A stretch of DNA of 64,000 nucleotides from positions 1-64,000 of the forward strand of contig NW_021834194.1 in NCBI RefSeq assembly GCF_006345805.1, given 5' to 3'. Origin of the DNA: Octopus sinensis. Its lineage: Eukaryota. The notes beneath the pieces are model-generated. The model saw only the letters and a program-made list of their open reading frames with translations, had not been told where the DNA came from and ran no database searches. The translations under genes were made by a program, and so were the position numbers. Shown here piece by piece: positions 1-12,411 of the stretch; positions within the stretch are counted from its first letter, which is position 1, and each line of letters starts with the position of its first letter.

Positions 1-81
1 CATGTATACGGGGGGGAAGAGAACCTGAAAGCGAGTGTAATAAGTTTAAAATGTAACGAATTTTGGTTTGCATACACCATT

Positions 82-118
<37 letters not shown>

Positions 119-369
119 GGATGGCCTGCCGCTTAGCCAGCGGGGCGTGGGGTGGCGTCATTTGAAGGCTAAAACAATGCGAAGCGCAATTGTGACCAGC
201 GATGTGTAGCAACATCTGATAGCCTGGCAGTCACGGTGATATATATATATATATATATATATATCTATTATACATAATATAATAATAATATATATAATAT
301 ATACTATATACATATACATATAATATAATTATATATATTATGCATAATATAATAATATATATATTATGC

Positions 370-411
<42 letters not shown>

Positions 412-1169
412 TATATATATTATATAATATTATATTATAGTATGCATAATATAATAATATATATACATATGATCTAATATTATATATATATATATATCTT
501 ATATTATGCATAATACTAATATATACAGTATATTATAATATGTTATATATATATATATTATTTGTTTAGTGCCCACAAGAGGCTAAACGTAGAGGGGACA
601 AAGAAGAACAGACAAAGGGATTAAGTCGATTACATTGAACCCAGTGCGTAACTGGTACTTATTTATCGACCCCGAAAGGATGAAAGGCAAAGTCGACCTC
701 GCGGGAATTTGAACTCAGAACGTAGCGGCGACGAAATATGCTAAGGCTTTTGCTCGGCGTGCTAACGATTCTGGCAGCCGCCGCCTCCATAATATATATA
801 ATTGTACATATATACACATGAGTGTCCTAGCATGACCACAACTTTGAAACTGAAAAAATTTCAAGAACCGGTTAACATGCCATCAGAGTGACAATTATGT
901 GTGGGTGAATAGAAATCTTGCACACCCCAGGAATAGGCACATCTATTCGAAAATCGTATATATATATTATATATATATAATATATATAATATATATATAT
1001 TATATATATATATATTCGCACACTGACGCATTCATACATGTATGTGTGTGTGTGTGTGTGTGTGCGTACACACTCACATCCGCATGCATGTATACGGGGG
1101 GGAAGAGAACCTGAAAGCGAGTGTAATAAGTTTAAAATGTAACGAATTTTTGGTTTGCATACACCATTT

Positions 1170-1201
<32 letters not shown>

Positions 1202-1506
1202 TTATATATATAGGATGGCCTGCTCGCTTGCCAGCCAGCGGGGTGGCGTCATTTGAAGGCTAAAACAATGCGAAGCGCATTGTGACAGCGATGTGTAGCA
1301 ACATCTGATAGCCTGGTCAGTCACGGTGATTATATATATATATATATAATATATATATATATTATACATAATATAATAATATATATAATATATATACATA
1401 TATACATAATATAATATATATATATTATGCATATATAATAATATATATACATATAATATAATATATATATTATGCATATATAATATAATATATTATGCAT
1501 AATATA

Positions 1507-1537
<31 letters not shown>

Positions 1538-1990
1538 TATGCATAATATATAATATATATACATATGATCTAATATTATATATATTATATATTATATTAT
1601 GCATATAATATAATAATATATATACATGTATATTATATATGTTATATATATATATATATATTTGTTTATTGCCCACAAGAGGCTAAACGTAGAGGGGACA
1701 AAGAAGAACAGACAAAGGGATTAAGTCGATTACATCGAACCCAGTGCGTAACTGGTACTTTATTTATCGACCCCGAAAGGATGAAAGGCAAAGTCGACCT
1801 CGGCGGAATTTGAACTCAGAACGTAGCGGCAGACGAAATACTGCTAAGGTTTTTGCTCGGCGTGCTAACGATTCTGCCAGCTCGCCGCCTCCATATATAT
1901 ATATAATTGTACATATATACACAATGGTGTCCTAGCATGACCACAACTTTGAAACTGAAAAAATTTCAAGAACCGTTAACATGCCATCAG
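1..1990. repeat. Tandem duplication of a ~1.09-kb unit (1-~890 vs 1087-~1990)
   Basis: CATGTATACGGGGGG...GAACCTGAAAGCGAG begins at both 1 and 1087. The same SINE fragments and AT tracts follow in the same order. Confidence 0.85.
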
Positions 1991-2595
1991 AGTAACGCTG
2001 GGGATAGAAATATACGAAGACCAATACACCCGTCATATCTACCCGTCTGATAAGTGTACACCAGGCACAGGGATCGCAACCCTGATCGTCATCGATGGCC
2101 TGTACCCGGTGACCCTTCGATTTATGACCGTATAAAGTGTACAATGTTCATAAATCGAAAGAGGTCACCGATCCAGTAGTTTCCCATCATGTACGTTTAA
2201 AAAATATACACACACAAATATACATATCGTGGTAGAGAGAAACGGACCGACATATAAACATACATAGACACGTTCTTTGTTCTTCTTTTCCAACGCAATA
2301 CATACATACATACAGAAATATACATACATACGTACATATGGAAATGCATACACATACGTCTATATACACGCGAGCGCACATTGCGAAAAAAAATGTGCGT
2401 GAAGTAGATATCTGTATCTATCATTATATAGACATCACACCACGCGTATATATAAATATATATGTATGTATATATATATATATATATATATATGAAGAAC
2501 TCTTTGTAAAAGTTCCTACCGATAATGGTTATATTTCCATACCGAAATTACTCGGTAATAGTTATTAATTTTTAAAATTAATAATTATTTACCCT

Positions 2596-2626
<31 letters not shown>

Positions 2627-2805
2627 GGAAAGCCTTGCTCCCCAACCACCACCATTTTCTCCCAATTTAAAAGTATTTATTTTATCTTATTTATTAATTT
2701 ATTCCCCCCACCCCAAAAAGAAAACCCGTATTCGGATACGGAGATTCCAGAAAATTGCCAAAAATTGGCATTCTCCGTAGCCGAAAACACAATTTCTAGT
2801 TTATT

Positions 2806-3295
2806 AACACATTCTACCAGTATACGAAGTTTAAAAGTGTTTAGTTAACTAGAAATTATGTTAAAAACTGCCGTTCAAACCGAAAAGACCAAATATCTTA
2901 CAAACCATAGAATTTTCTCAATAAAGCCAAGAGAAAAAGATGTTTTATAAACACATTCTACCAGTATACGAAGTTTAAAAGTGTTTAGTTAACTAGAAAT
3001 TGTGTTGAAAACTGCCGTTCAAACTGAAAAGATCCATATCTTACAAACTCTAGAATTTTCTCAATAAAGCCAAGAGAAAAAGATGTTTTATAAACACATT
3101 CTACCAGTATACGAAGTTTAAGATTTTTTAGTTACCTAGAAATTATGTTAAAAACTGCCGTTCAAAGCGAAAAGATCCATATCTTACAAACTCTAGAATT
3201 TTCTCAATAAAGCCAAGAGAAAAAGATGTTTTATAAACACATTCTACCAGTATACGAAGTTAAAAAGTGTTTAGTTAACTAGAAATTATGTCGAA
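2806..3295. repeat. ~143-bp tandem repeat, ~3.5 copies
   Basis: ATTCTACCAGTATACGAAG recurs at 2811, 2955, 3098 and 3241. Confidence 0.9.
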
Positions 3296-3939
3296 ATCTG
3301 GTCTTCTAAAAGAAAGGACCCAAATAAACTAATATCTTGTGGTTTTTTGAGGCGGGATGGGGTTACAAAGGAAGCGTTGCCTACACGTCAATATAAATTA
3401 TAAATTGAGAGAGTGAGAGAGAGAACGAGATGTAATATAGACAAATACGGCAACTCACCCTTCTGTCTGATATTTCTTGGCCATTTTTTTAATACTTGAC
3501 AACAATAGCAACAAGGGCTGCCGATGACTACCAGTATCACTACGGATCTACTACTATCACTACTAGTTACTACGGATCTACTATTACTACTACTACTACT
3601 ATCACCACTACTACTAGTTACTGCTGCTAAAATTACTGCCGATTACTACTACTACTATTATTACTGTAACTACAATTTCTACAACTGCTACTGCTGTTGT
3701 TGCTATTACTACTGCTACTACAACACCCAGAGTCGTCTTCCGAGAACAGTCGCCTCCAACGCCACCCCGTCTCCGGGGCAGATAAGAGCACTGGACCCTA
3801 AAGTATTCAGAATTGGGCTTCTAGACAGGCGAGGCCCTCGGGTAACTGGCCACTGGCCTACTTTTGCTCAGTTCTTCACACGCTACTACTACAAATGCTG
3901 CTGCTGCTACTACTACTACTACTACAAATGCTGCTGCTG

Positions 3940-3971
<32 letters not shown>

Positions 3972-4084
3972 GCTAAATCAGCTTTTTTGACATTTTTGAG
4001 GGTTTTAGAACCCCAAAACTAAATTTTTTTTTTACTTTGGATTTTAAAAAAATGCTGATTTTATCATTCTAAATTTTAAAGGGT

Positions 4085-4905
4085 CTAAAAATGGCAGATT
4101 TCATAGTTTTGGCCCGTTTTTAGGTTTTTAAAGGGCCTAAAAATGGCAGATTTCATAGTTTTGGCCCGTTTTTAGGCTTTTAAAGGGCCTAAAAATGGCA
4201 GATTTCATAGTTTTGGCCCGTTTTTAGGTTTTTAAAGGGCCTAAAAATGGCAGATTTCATAGTTTTGGCCCGTTTTTAGGCTTTTAAAGGGCCTAAAAAT
4301 GGCAGATTTCATAGTTTTGGCCCGTTTTTAGGGTTTTAAAAGGCCTAAAAATGGCAGATTTCATAGTTTTGGCCCGTTTTTAGGTTTCTAAAGGACCTAA
4401 AAATGGCAGATTTCATAGTTTTGGCCCGTTTTTAGGTTTTTAAAGGGCCTAAAAATGGCAGATTTCATAGTTTTGGCCCGTTTTTAGGGTTTTAAAAGGC
4501 CTAAAAATGGCAGATTTCATAGTTTTGGCCCGTTTTTAGGTTTTTAAAGGACCTAAAAATGGCAGATTTCATAGTTTTGGCCCGTTTTTAGGTTTTTAAA
4601 GGCCTAAAAATGGCAGATTTCATAGTTTTGGCCCGTTTTTAGGTTTTTAAAGGCCCTAAAAATGGCAGATTTCATAGTTTTGGCCCGTTTTTAGGTTTTT
4701 AAAGGGCCTAAAAATGGCAGATTTCATAGTTTTGGCCCGTTTTTAGGTTTTTAAAGGGCCTAAAAATGGCAGATTTAATAGTTTTGGCCCGTTTTTAGGT
4801 TTTTAAAGGGCCTAAAAATGGCAGATTTCATAGTTTTGGCCTGTTTTTAGGTTTTTAAAGGGCCTAAAAATGGCAGATTTCATAGTTTTGGCCCGTTTTT
4901 GGGTT
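4085..4905. repeat. 52-bp minisatellite, ~16 copies
   Basis: The unit is CCTAAAAATGGCAGATTTCATAGTTTTGGCCCGTTTTTAGGTTTTTAAAGGG, with ATGG at 4091, 4143 ... 4870. Confidence 0.95.
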
Positions 4906-5109
4906 TCTAAAGGCTTCTAGAGCTAAAAAAACGGTAACAAAAAAATTCAAATGAAACACAATATTAATATGAAACTAAAAATTGTTTATTGATAAATGGC
5001 CGTAAAAAAAATAAAATAAGAAAATGAGAAACACTATATATACATAATTCAAATTTTCCTCTTCGTCTCCATTTTGTTGATGAAATTTATGTTGCCCTTC
5101 ATGAAAATA

Positions 5110-5640
5110 TTTTCTGCTCTAGGCACAAAGCCCGAAGTTTGTGGCTAGTGGCCAGTCGATTAGATCGACCCCCAAAAGACAAAGTCGATCTCGACAGAAT
5201 TTGAAGGCAGACGAAATACCTATTTCTTTACTACCCACAAGGGGCTAAACACAGAGAGGACAAACAAGGACAGACAAAGGGAATTAAGTCGATTATATCG
5301 ACCTCCAGTGCGTAACTGGTACTTAATTTATCGACCCCGAAAGGATGAAAGGCAAAGTCGACCTCGGCGGAATTTGAACTCAGAACGTAACGGCAGACGA
5401 AATACCTATTTCTTTACTACCCACAAGGGGCTAAACACAGAGAGGACAGACAAGGACAGACAAAGGGAATTAAGTCGATTATATCGACCCCAGTGCGTAA
5501 CTGGTACTTAATTTATCGACCCCGAAAGGATGAAAGGCAAAGTCGACCTCGGCGGAATTTGAACTCAGAACGGAGCGGCAGACGAAATACAGCTAAGCAT
5601 TTTGCCCGGCGTGCTAACGATTCTGCCAGCGCGCCGCCTT
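5110..5640 (-). mobile_element. tRNA-derived SINE (family A) with internal ~185-bp tandem repetition
   Basis: The head GGCGGCGCGCTGGCAGAATCGTTAGCACGCC is on the minus strand. The block GCAGACGAAATAC...GACAAAGGGAATTAAGTCGATTATATCGACC repeats at ~5207 and ~5392. Other family-A copies lie at ~560-787, 1660-1891, 29895-29990, 35425-35578, 56055-56395 and 62725-62925. Confidence 0.8.
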
Positions 5641-5751
5641 TATTGGTCGCCATGAAAATGAACAAACTAAAATTTTCATCAAACAAGGACGATCTCTTGG
5701 CACTCAAGATGTCCTTTCCAGTGGAAAGTAAACGTTCAACTACAGCATTAA

Positions 5752-6766
5752 CCCCTTACCCGGCAGAAACGAATATATGCGTTTTGACCGAAATCGTTTT
5801 TTTTTTTCTATCTCTGGCGAGTTAACTCGTCAAAAGATAGACTCGCCAAAATCGACAGCAAACGAGTTCCTTCGTCTATTATAAACTCTTTTTTGACATA
5901 TACGAGTATATTCGCTCACTTTATACGTCTGGCAGTGACGATTTCTGCCACCTTTCGCTTGAGTAAGGCATTGAAGACCGAGTATGATTTAGTCACCTGG
6001 AGACAGTCGAAGGGTTGGAAGGCACATTTTATGAATAGAAGTTTTCACTTTGTTTTTACGTTGTTTTTTTTTTATACCTTTATATTATAACCCCACCATG
6101 TCGATAACCAAATAAAATAACATGATTTTTTGTAAAAGTAATATGATTTATGAAAAAAACGGGTTAACTCGTTTCTGCCCAAAATGGTAATTTAAAATCA
6201 ATATTATTGAATTAAAATTCATAATAAATAAGGTTTGAAATATACCTCGAAATCACCATTCAAAACATAGTAAAATAAAACAATTAGGCGCAGGAGTGGC
6301 TGTTTGGTAAGTAGCTTGCTAACCAACCACATGGTACCGGGTTCAGTCCCACTGCGTGGCATCTTGGGCAAGTGTCTTCTGCTATAGCCCCGGGCCGACC
6401 AATGCCTTGTGAGTGGATTTGGTAGACGGAAACTGAAAGAAGCCTGTCGTATATATGTATATATATATAAGTGTGTGTGAATATGTTTGTGTGTCTGTGT
6501 TTGTTCCCCTAGCATTTTTTGACAACCGATGCTGGTGTGTTTACGTCCCCGTCACTAAGCGGTTCGGCAAAAGAGACCGATAGAATAAGTACTGGGCTTA
6601 CAAAGAATAAGTCCCGGGGTCGATTTGCTCGACTAAAGGCGGTGCTCCAGCATGGCCGCAGTCAAATGACTGAAACAAGTAAAAAGAGTAAAAAGAGAAA
6701 AGAAAAGAATTAAAAAATATGTCTGAAAAAATACATTTATTTTCAAAATAATTGTTGGGTAAGGGG
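5752..6766. mobile_element. Non-autonomous piggyBac-like element (TTAA TSD, 10-bp TIR), with a SINE inserted inside
   Basis: TTAA|CCCCTTACCC at 5748-5761 and GGGTAAGGGG|TTAA at 6757-6770. Internal GCAGAAACGA / TCGTTTCTGC motifs are also present. Confidence 0.55.
6285..6695 (+). mobile_element. tRNA-derived SINE (family B)
   Basis: Head GGCGCAGGAGTGGCTGTTTGGTAAGTAGC...GGGTTCAGTCCC and tail GGCGGTGCTCCAGCATGGCCGCAGTCAAATGACTGAAAC. Other copies are at 38715-39085 (-), with tails at 47940-48145, 48215-48430 and 59270-59475. Confidence 0.85.
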
Positions 6767-7080
6767 TTAAAAGGGATGGCTGTGTTAAACTTGATGAACT
6801 AGTCCACCAACACTTCTGTCTGTAGATCTTGGGAGTAGGTCAAATCCAGGCAGGGTTAAACAAGTTATTTATAATAATAAGTGGCGTTATATCGGGGTTG
6901 AAAGGATGACGCGTACAATATTAAAAATGCTAAGACAATCTGAAAACACTAGAAACTTTCAAAAGTTTACCGATTTTTATTAAATTTTGGGGTTAACGGA
7001 CTTAAGTTAACGGAATCTAAATGTAAAGGAACTTAATTAGTCCGATTCTGATTTTCAAAGTTAACCTAGAAGTTAGATTA

Positions 7081-7477
7081 CTCTTTTTACTCGTTTCAGT
7101 CATTTGACTGCAGCCATGCTGGAGCACCGCCTTTAGTCGAACAAATCGACCCCGGGACTTATTCTTTGTAAGCCCAGTACTTATTCTATCGGTCTCTTTT
7201 GCCGAACCGCTTAGTGACGGGGACGTAAACACACCAGCATCAGTTGTCAAGCAATGCTAAGGGGACAAACACAGACACACAAACATATACACACACATAT
7301 ATATATATACTTTTATACGACAGGCTTCTTTCAGTTTCCGTCTACCAAATCCACTCACAAGACATTGGTCGGCCCGGGGCTATAGCAGAAGACACTTGCC
7401 CAAGATGCCACGCAGTGGGACTGAACCCGGTACCATGTGGTTGGTTAGCAAGCTACTTACCACACAGCCACTCCTGC
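7081..7477 (-). mobile_element. tRNA-derived SINE (family B), inverted relative to 6285-6695
   Basis: It is the reverse complement of the same head and tail. Confidence 0.85.
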
Positions 7478-7804
7478 AGTTAAAGAAAATGTTAACTTCG
7501 GTGATTAACGGACTTTTATGTCTAGTTCTGTATATGTACACACACACACACACATATAGAGATTGGGAAGTTCAAATAAGGCCGAAATTTTTTTCGAAAA
7601 CTCGATATTGTTTAGTTGGCATCAATTTTTGTGAACAGTCGGACGGACGTTTGAATGGAAATTCTCATAGCGATATTATTTTCCCTGCAGCTTTTGCATT
7701 TTTTCATATGTGTGTGTGTGTGTACATATATGTGTGCCTATATGTGTGTGTGTTATATATATATATTATATATATATATATATATATATTATATATTATA
7801 TATA

Positions 7805-7837
<33 letters not shown>

Positions 7838-8076
7838 ATTATATATATATATATGTATTTTATAATACAAAATAAGAAAATGGAGAAATACATCCAAATC
7901 AAATATCAACTACCAGATAATATCCAATCACATACTTTATTAAACAACCACATAGAAATTTTAAGGTCAAACATAATAATATAGAACAAGACAGTGTACA
8001 TAAAGGAGTAATATGATACAATAAGTACAATATGTATAAGAGAATATAAATATAAATAAATATAAATATAAACTAC

Positions 8077-8203
8077 ATCTTACAGCTGTTTCGGCCATGC
8101 AGATAAGTATGTCTCATTTTACTTATATTTGCCATTTGTGGTAGGTCAATATGTAGTTATAAATGAGACATTTACAAAAATATCCTAAGGCCTCTTCGGA
8201 GAT
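8077..8203 (-). ncRNA. Type I hammerhead ribozyme-like motif with extended stem II (best-preserved copy)
   Basis: ATCT-CCGAAGA-GGCC-[92 nt]-GGCC-GAAAC-AGCT-GTA^AGAT. Stem I is ATCT/AGAT and stem III is AC/GT with a palindromic AGCT loop. The core has U4>C. Confidence 0.6.
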
Positions 8204-9527
8204 TATGAAATACAAACCAAATTACATATACACTTATATAAGTGTGGGTACATACCCATAATAAATCATATACATATACATATGAGTGCATATACTCATA
8301 CTCCTATACATATACATATACATATACATAATAATATAAATAATATAAATCAATAAACATACATATGTTCCATATTCAATGTTACAGTTTTTTAACTTAA
8401 TATTGTGATATTACAATGTAGAAAACATACACATATTAATACCCAAATGCAGGTATACAGAGTCAAGAGTACATTATATTAATTTATATTAATTTACACA
8501 ATGTCATTAATGTTAACATCATTACCATTATCATTACCACTAATGCTACCAATATCATTATTCTTATTATTAATAACACTAATACTAGTAAAACAATATA
8601 TAGATCCCATTATTAGCAATATAATAGCAAAACTAAGGACCACGATAGTACTACAGTACCATGCAAAGCATTAAATACCTGCATATACATACAAAATAAG
8701 AAGTAAAAGAATTCTGTTTACATGATATTAAGATCCACAGGTGCATAGATGTACATACGAGTTCAAATCTATAATTTCAATTGTGACACAAATACAGTAT
8801 TACGTTCAGAAATAGTTACGAATCTAGCGCTAAAATATGATTGGCTTGTACATTTAAATTTAAATTACAATTGTTTTCTTTACGGTTGGTTTGTTGAGAA
8901 ACATCCACACACGTACACTTGCAAACGTGCGCCCACACGCACACACACAGACAAATCGCAACATAAGATACCCCCCCCCACACACACACATGTTTACATA
9001 CAGATCTACTCACATAAATCCATAAAAATATGCGTACATGCAAGCACACAGACAACTATACCTAGTCGAAGTACGTTATTATCATAAGATACATAATTAA
9101 AATAACACCGTATATTTCGTAAACAAATTATCTTGCCACTGAAACTTCTATATCGTTACATTTCTACTGCATGAGAGTGTATAAATGTTTTTGGATATGT
9201 GCGGATGTACGTGTGTGTGTGTGTGTGTATAAATGTTGGTATAGTTTTCCCATGCCTGTGCTGGGTTATCTATACGTCCTTTGATGGACAGACATATATT
9301 TTGTAATTTAGTAAATATATGTGGATATGTCGAAATGTGTTCATATGTATATGTATGTGTATGTATGTTTTTGTATGTATATGTATATTCATGGGTGGAT
9401 ATATATTTATATGTTTTTCTCATACGTATGAGTACGCAAATACACATTTAAATATGTATATATGTATATGCGAATGTTTGCAGACACAGTGCATGAGAGT
9501 GTATAAATGTTTATGTATATGTGCGGA

Positions 9528-9603
<76 letters not shown>

Positions 9604-10595
9604 AATGTTGGTATAGTTTTCCCATGCCTGTGCTGGTTTAGTAGAAATGTAACGATATAGAAGTTTCAGTGGCAAGATAATTTGTTTACGAAATATACGG
9701 TGTTATTTTAATTATGTATCTTATGATAATAACGTACTTAGACTAGGTATAGTTGTCTGTGTGCTTGCATGTACGCATATTTTTATGGATTTATGTGAGT
9801 AGATCTGCATGTAAACATGTGTGTGTATGGGTTGGTATCTCTTATGTTGCGATTTGTCTGTGTGTGTGCGTGTGGGCGCACGTTTGCAAGTGTACGTGTG
9901 TGGATGTTTCTCAACAAACCAACCGTAAAGAAAACAATTGTAATTTAAATTTAAATGTACAAGCCAATCATATTTTAGCGCTAGATTCGTAACTATTTCT
10001 GACGTAATACTGTATTTGTGTCACAATTGAAATTATAGATTTGAACTCGTATGTACATCTATGCACCTGTGGATCTTAAATCATGTAACAGAATTCTTTT
10101 ACTTCTTATTTTGTATGTATATGCAGGTATTTAATGCTTTGCATTGTACTGTAGTACTATTGTGGTCCTTAGTTTTGCTATTATATTGCTAATAATGGGA
10201 TCTATATATTGTTTTACTAGTATTAGTGTTATTAATAATAAGAATAATGATATTGGTAGCATTAGTGGTAATGATAATGGTAATGATGTTAACATTAATG
10301 ACATTGTGTAAATTAATATAAATTAATATAATGTACTCTTGACTCTGTATATCTGCATTTGGGTATTAATATGTGTATGTTTTCTACATTGTAATATCAC
10401 AATATTAAGTTAAAAAACTGTAACATTGAATATGGAACATATGTATGTTTATTGATTTATATTATTTATATTATTATGTATATGTATATGTATAGGAGTA
10501 TGAGTATATGCACTCATATGTATATGTATATGATTTATTATGGGTATGTACCCACACTTATATAAGTGTATATGTAATTTGGTTTGTATTTCATA

Positions 10596-10722
10596 ATCTC
10601 CGAAGAGGCCTTAGGATATTTTTGTAAATGTCTTATTTATAACTACATATTGACCTACCACAAATGGCTAATATAAGTAAAATGAGACATACTTATCTGC
10701 ATGGCCGATACAGCTGTAAGAT
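10596..10722 (+). ncRNA. Hammerhead-like motif with extended stem II (GAAA>GATA, probably inactive)
   Basis: It is the mirror copy of 8077-8203, with GGCCGATACAGCTGTAAGAT. Confidence 0.5.
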
Positions 10723-11190
10723 GTAGTTTATATTTATATTTATTTATATTTATATTCTCTTATACATATTGTACTTATTGTATCATATTACTCCTTTATG
10801 TACACTGTCTTGTTCTATATTATTATGTTTGACCTTAAAGTTTCTTATGTGGTGGTTTAATAAAGTATGTGATTGGGTATTATCTGGTAATTGATATTTG
10901 ATTTGGATGTATTTCTCCATTTTCTTATTTTGTATTATGAATTTGTGGTAAAACACTTTACCTTTGCCCATATAATAAGTAAATGAATTAATTGCATCGC
11001 AATTCTTAACATTTATGTATTAACTTTGTTGGGTACTTCTCTAGCAGTATATTGGATATATGTTATCCCATGGAGGGTTGCATTTACAACCCCTATCTCA
11101 ATTTGTAACTATTTTATATATATATATATATTATATATATGTATTATATATATGTATATATATGTATAAATATATATTATATATATATAT

Positions 11191-11222
<32 letters not shown>

Positions 11223-11318
11223 TATATATATGTATATTATATATATGTATATATATATTCTATATATATTATATATGTATATATATAATATATATACATA
11301 TTATATATACGTATGTAT

Positions 11319-11369
<51 letters not shown>

Positions 11370-11510
11370 GTGTATGTTTATATGTATATATGTGCGCGTG
11401 GGGTATCAGCCAGAGGCCGAGGCCATGCTCATATATATGATAGTTGATGTTTTATTGATTTAAGTATGTTTCTCCATTTCCTAATTTTGTAATATATATA
11501 TATATATATA

Positions 11511-11967
11511 TATTATATTGAGGGTACTACTGTTCGTAGATACCACACGCTAAGAGGGACCAATGCGGTCAAAACTACTAAAATAAACAAAATTTTACCG
11601 AATGCAAAACTTCAAAGCAAATCATTTTAAAAAAGAATTCAGTTACATATCACCTGTGATTTCGCATTTAATGCAGAATATGCATTTTATGTTCATCAGT
11701 GCAACAAACTCAAGAAATATAAGAAAAAACGTTGCTTGTAATGTTATGTTTTTTTTTATATTTCTTGAGTTTGTTGCACTGATGAACATAAAATGCATAT
11801 TCTGCATTAAATGCGAAATCACAGGTGATATGTAACTGAATTCTTTTTTAAAATGATTTGCTTTGAAGTTTTGCATTCAGTAAAATTTTGTTTATTTTAG
11901 TAGTTTTGACCGCATTGGTCCCTCTTAGCGTGTGGTATCTACGAATAGCAGTACCCTCAATATAATA
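11511..11967. mobile_element. Fold-back / MITE-like hairpin element (~220-bp arms)
   Basis: TATTATATTGAGGGTAC... is inverted as ...GTACCCTCAATATAATA with a ~19-bp spacer. Mirror ORFs 11602-11835 (+) and 11643-11876 (-) confirm the symmetry. Confidence 0.8.
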
Positions 11968-12073
11968 TAAATGAATATTTTCAAAGAGGAAGAATTTACG
12001 GATTTTTTCTCTTACGAAGTTTTTCACGCTGACTACTGATAATTTCTTTTAAAGATTTTATCCTCAATTGTTA

Positions 12074-12124
<51 letters not shown>

Positions 12125-12232
12125 ATATATATTATTATATATATATAATATATATATACATACATATATATATATATATAATATATATATATATTATATA
12201 TACACATACATATATATATATATTATATATAT

Positions 12233-12281
<49 letters not shown>

Positions 12282-12411
12282 GTGTGTGTGTGTGTATGTA
12301 TGTCTGTATATGTATATATGTGTGTGTGTATGTATATATATATGTGTCTATTTATATGTATATATGTGTGCGTGGGGTATCAGCCAGGGGCCGAGGCCAT
12401 GCTGGAGTACG

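Larger units (their letters stand above)
7862..10938. repeat. Large inverted duplication: ~1.3-kb arms (7862-9168 / 9640-10938) with a 471-bp spacer
   Basis: The outer ends are ATAATACAAAATAAGAAAATGG / CCATTTTCTTATTTTGTATTAT and the inner ends are ...TTACATTTCTACT / AGTAGAAATGTAA.... The ORF track shows the same peptide on both strands (8816-9055 -, 9753-9992 +). Confidence 0.95.

Noticed and set aside
2806-4905. 143-bp and 52-bp arrays (and the 165-bp array at 22061-22745) as CRISPR
   Set aside because: There are no unique spacers and no cas genes, and the context is eukaryotic. These are plain tandem repeats.
5308-5825. Recurrent MRNWYLIYRPRKDERQSRPRR peptides
   Set aside because: They are antisense translations of SINE family A, not a protein family.
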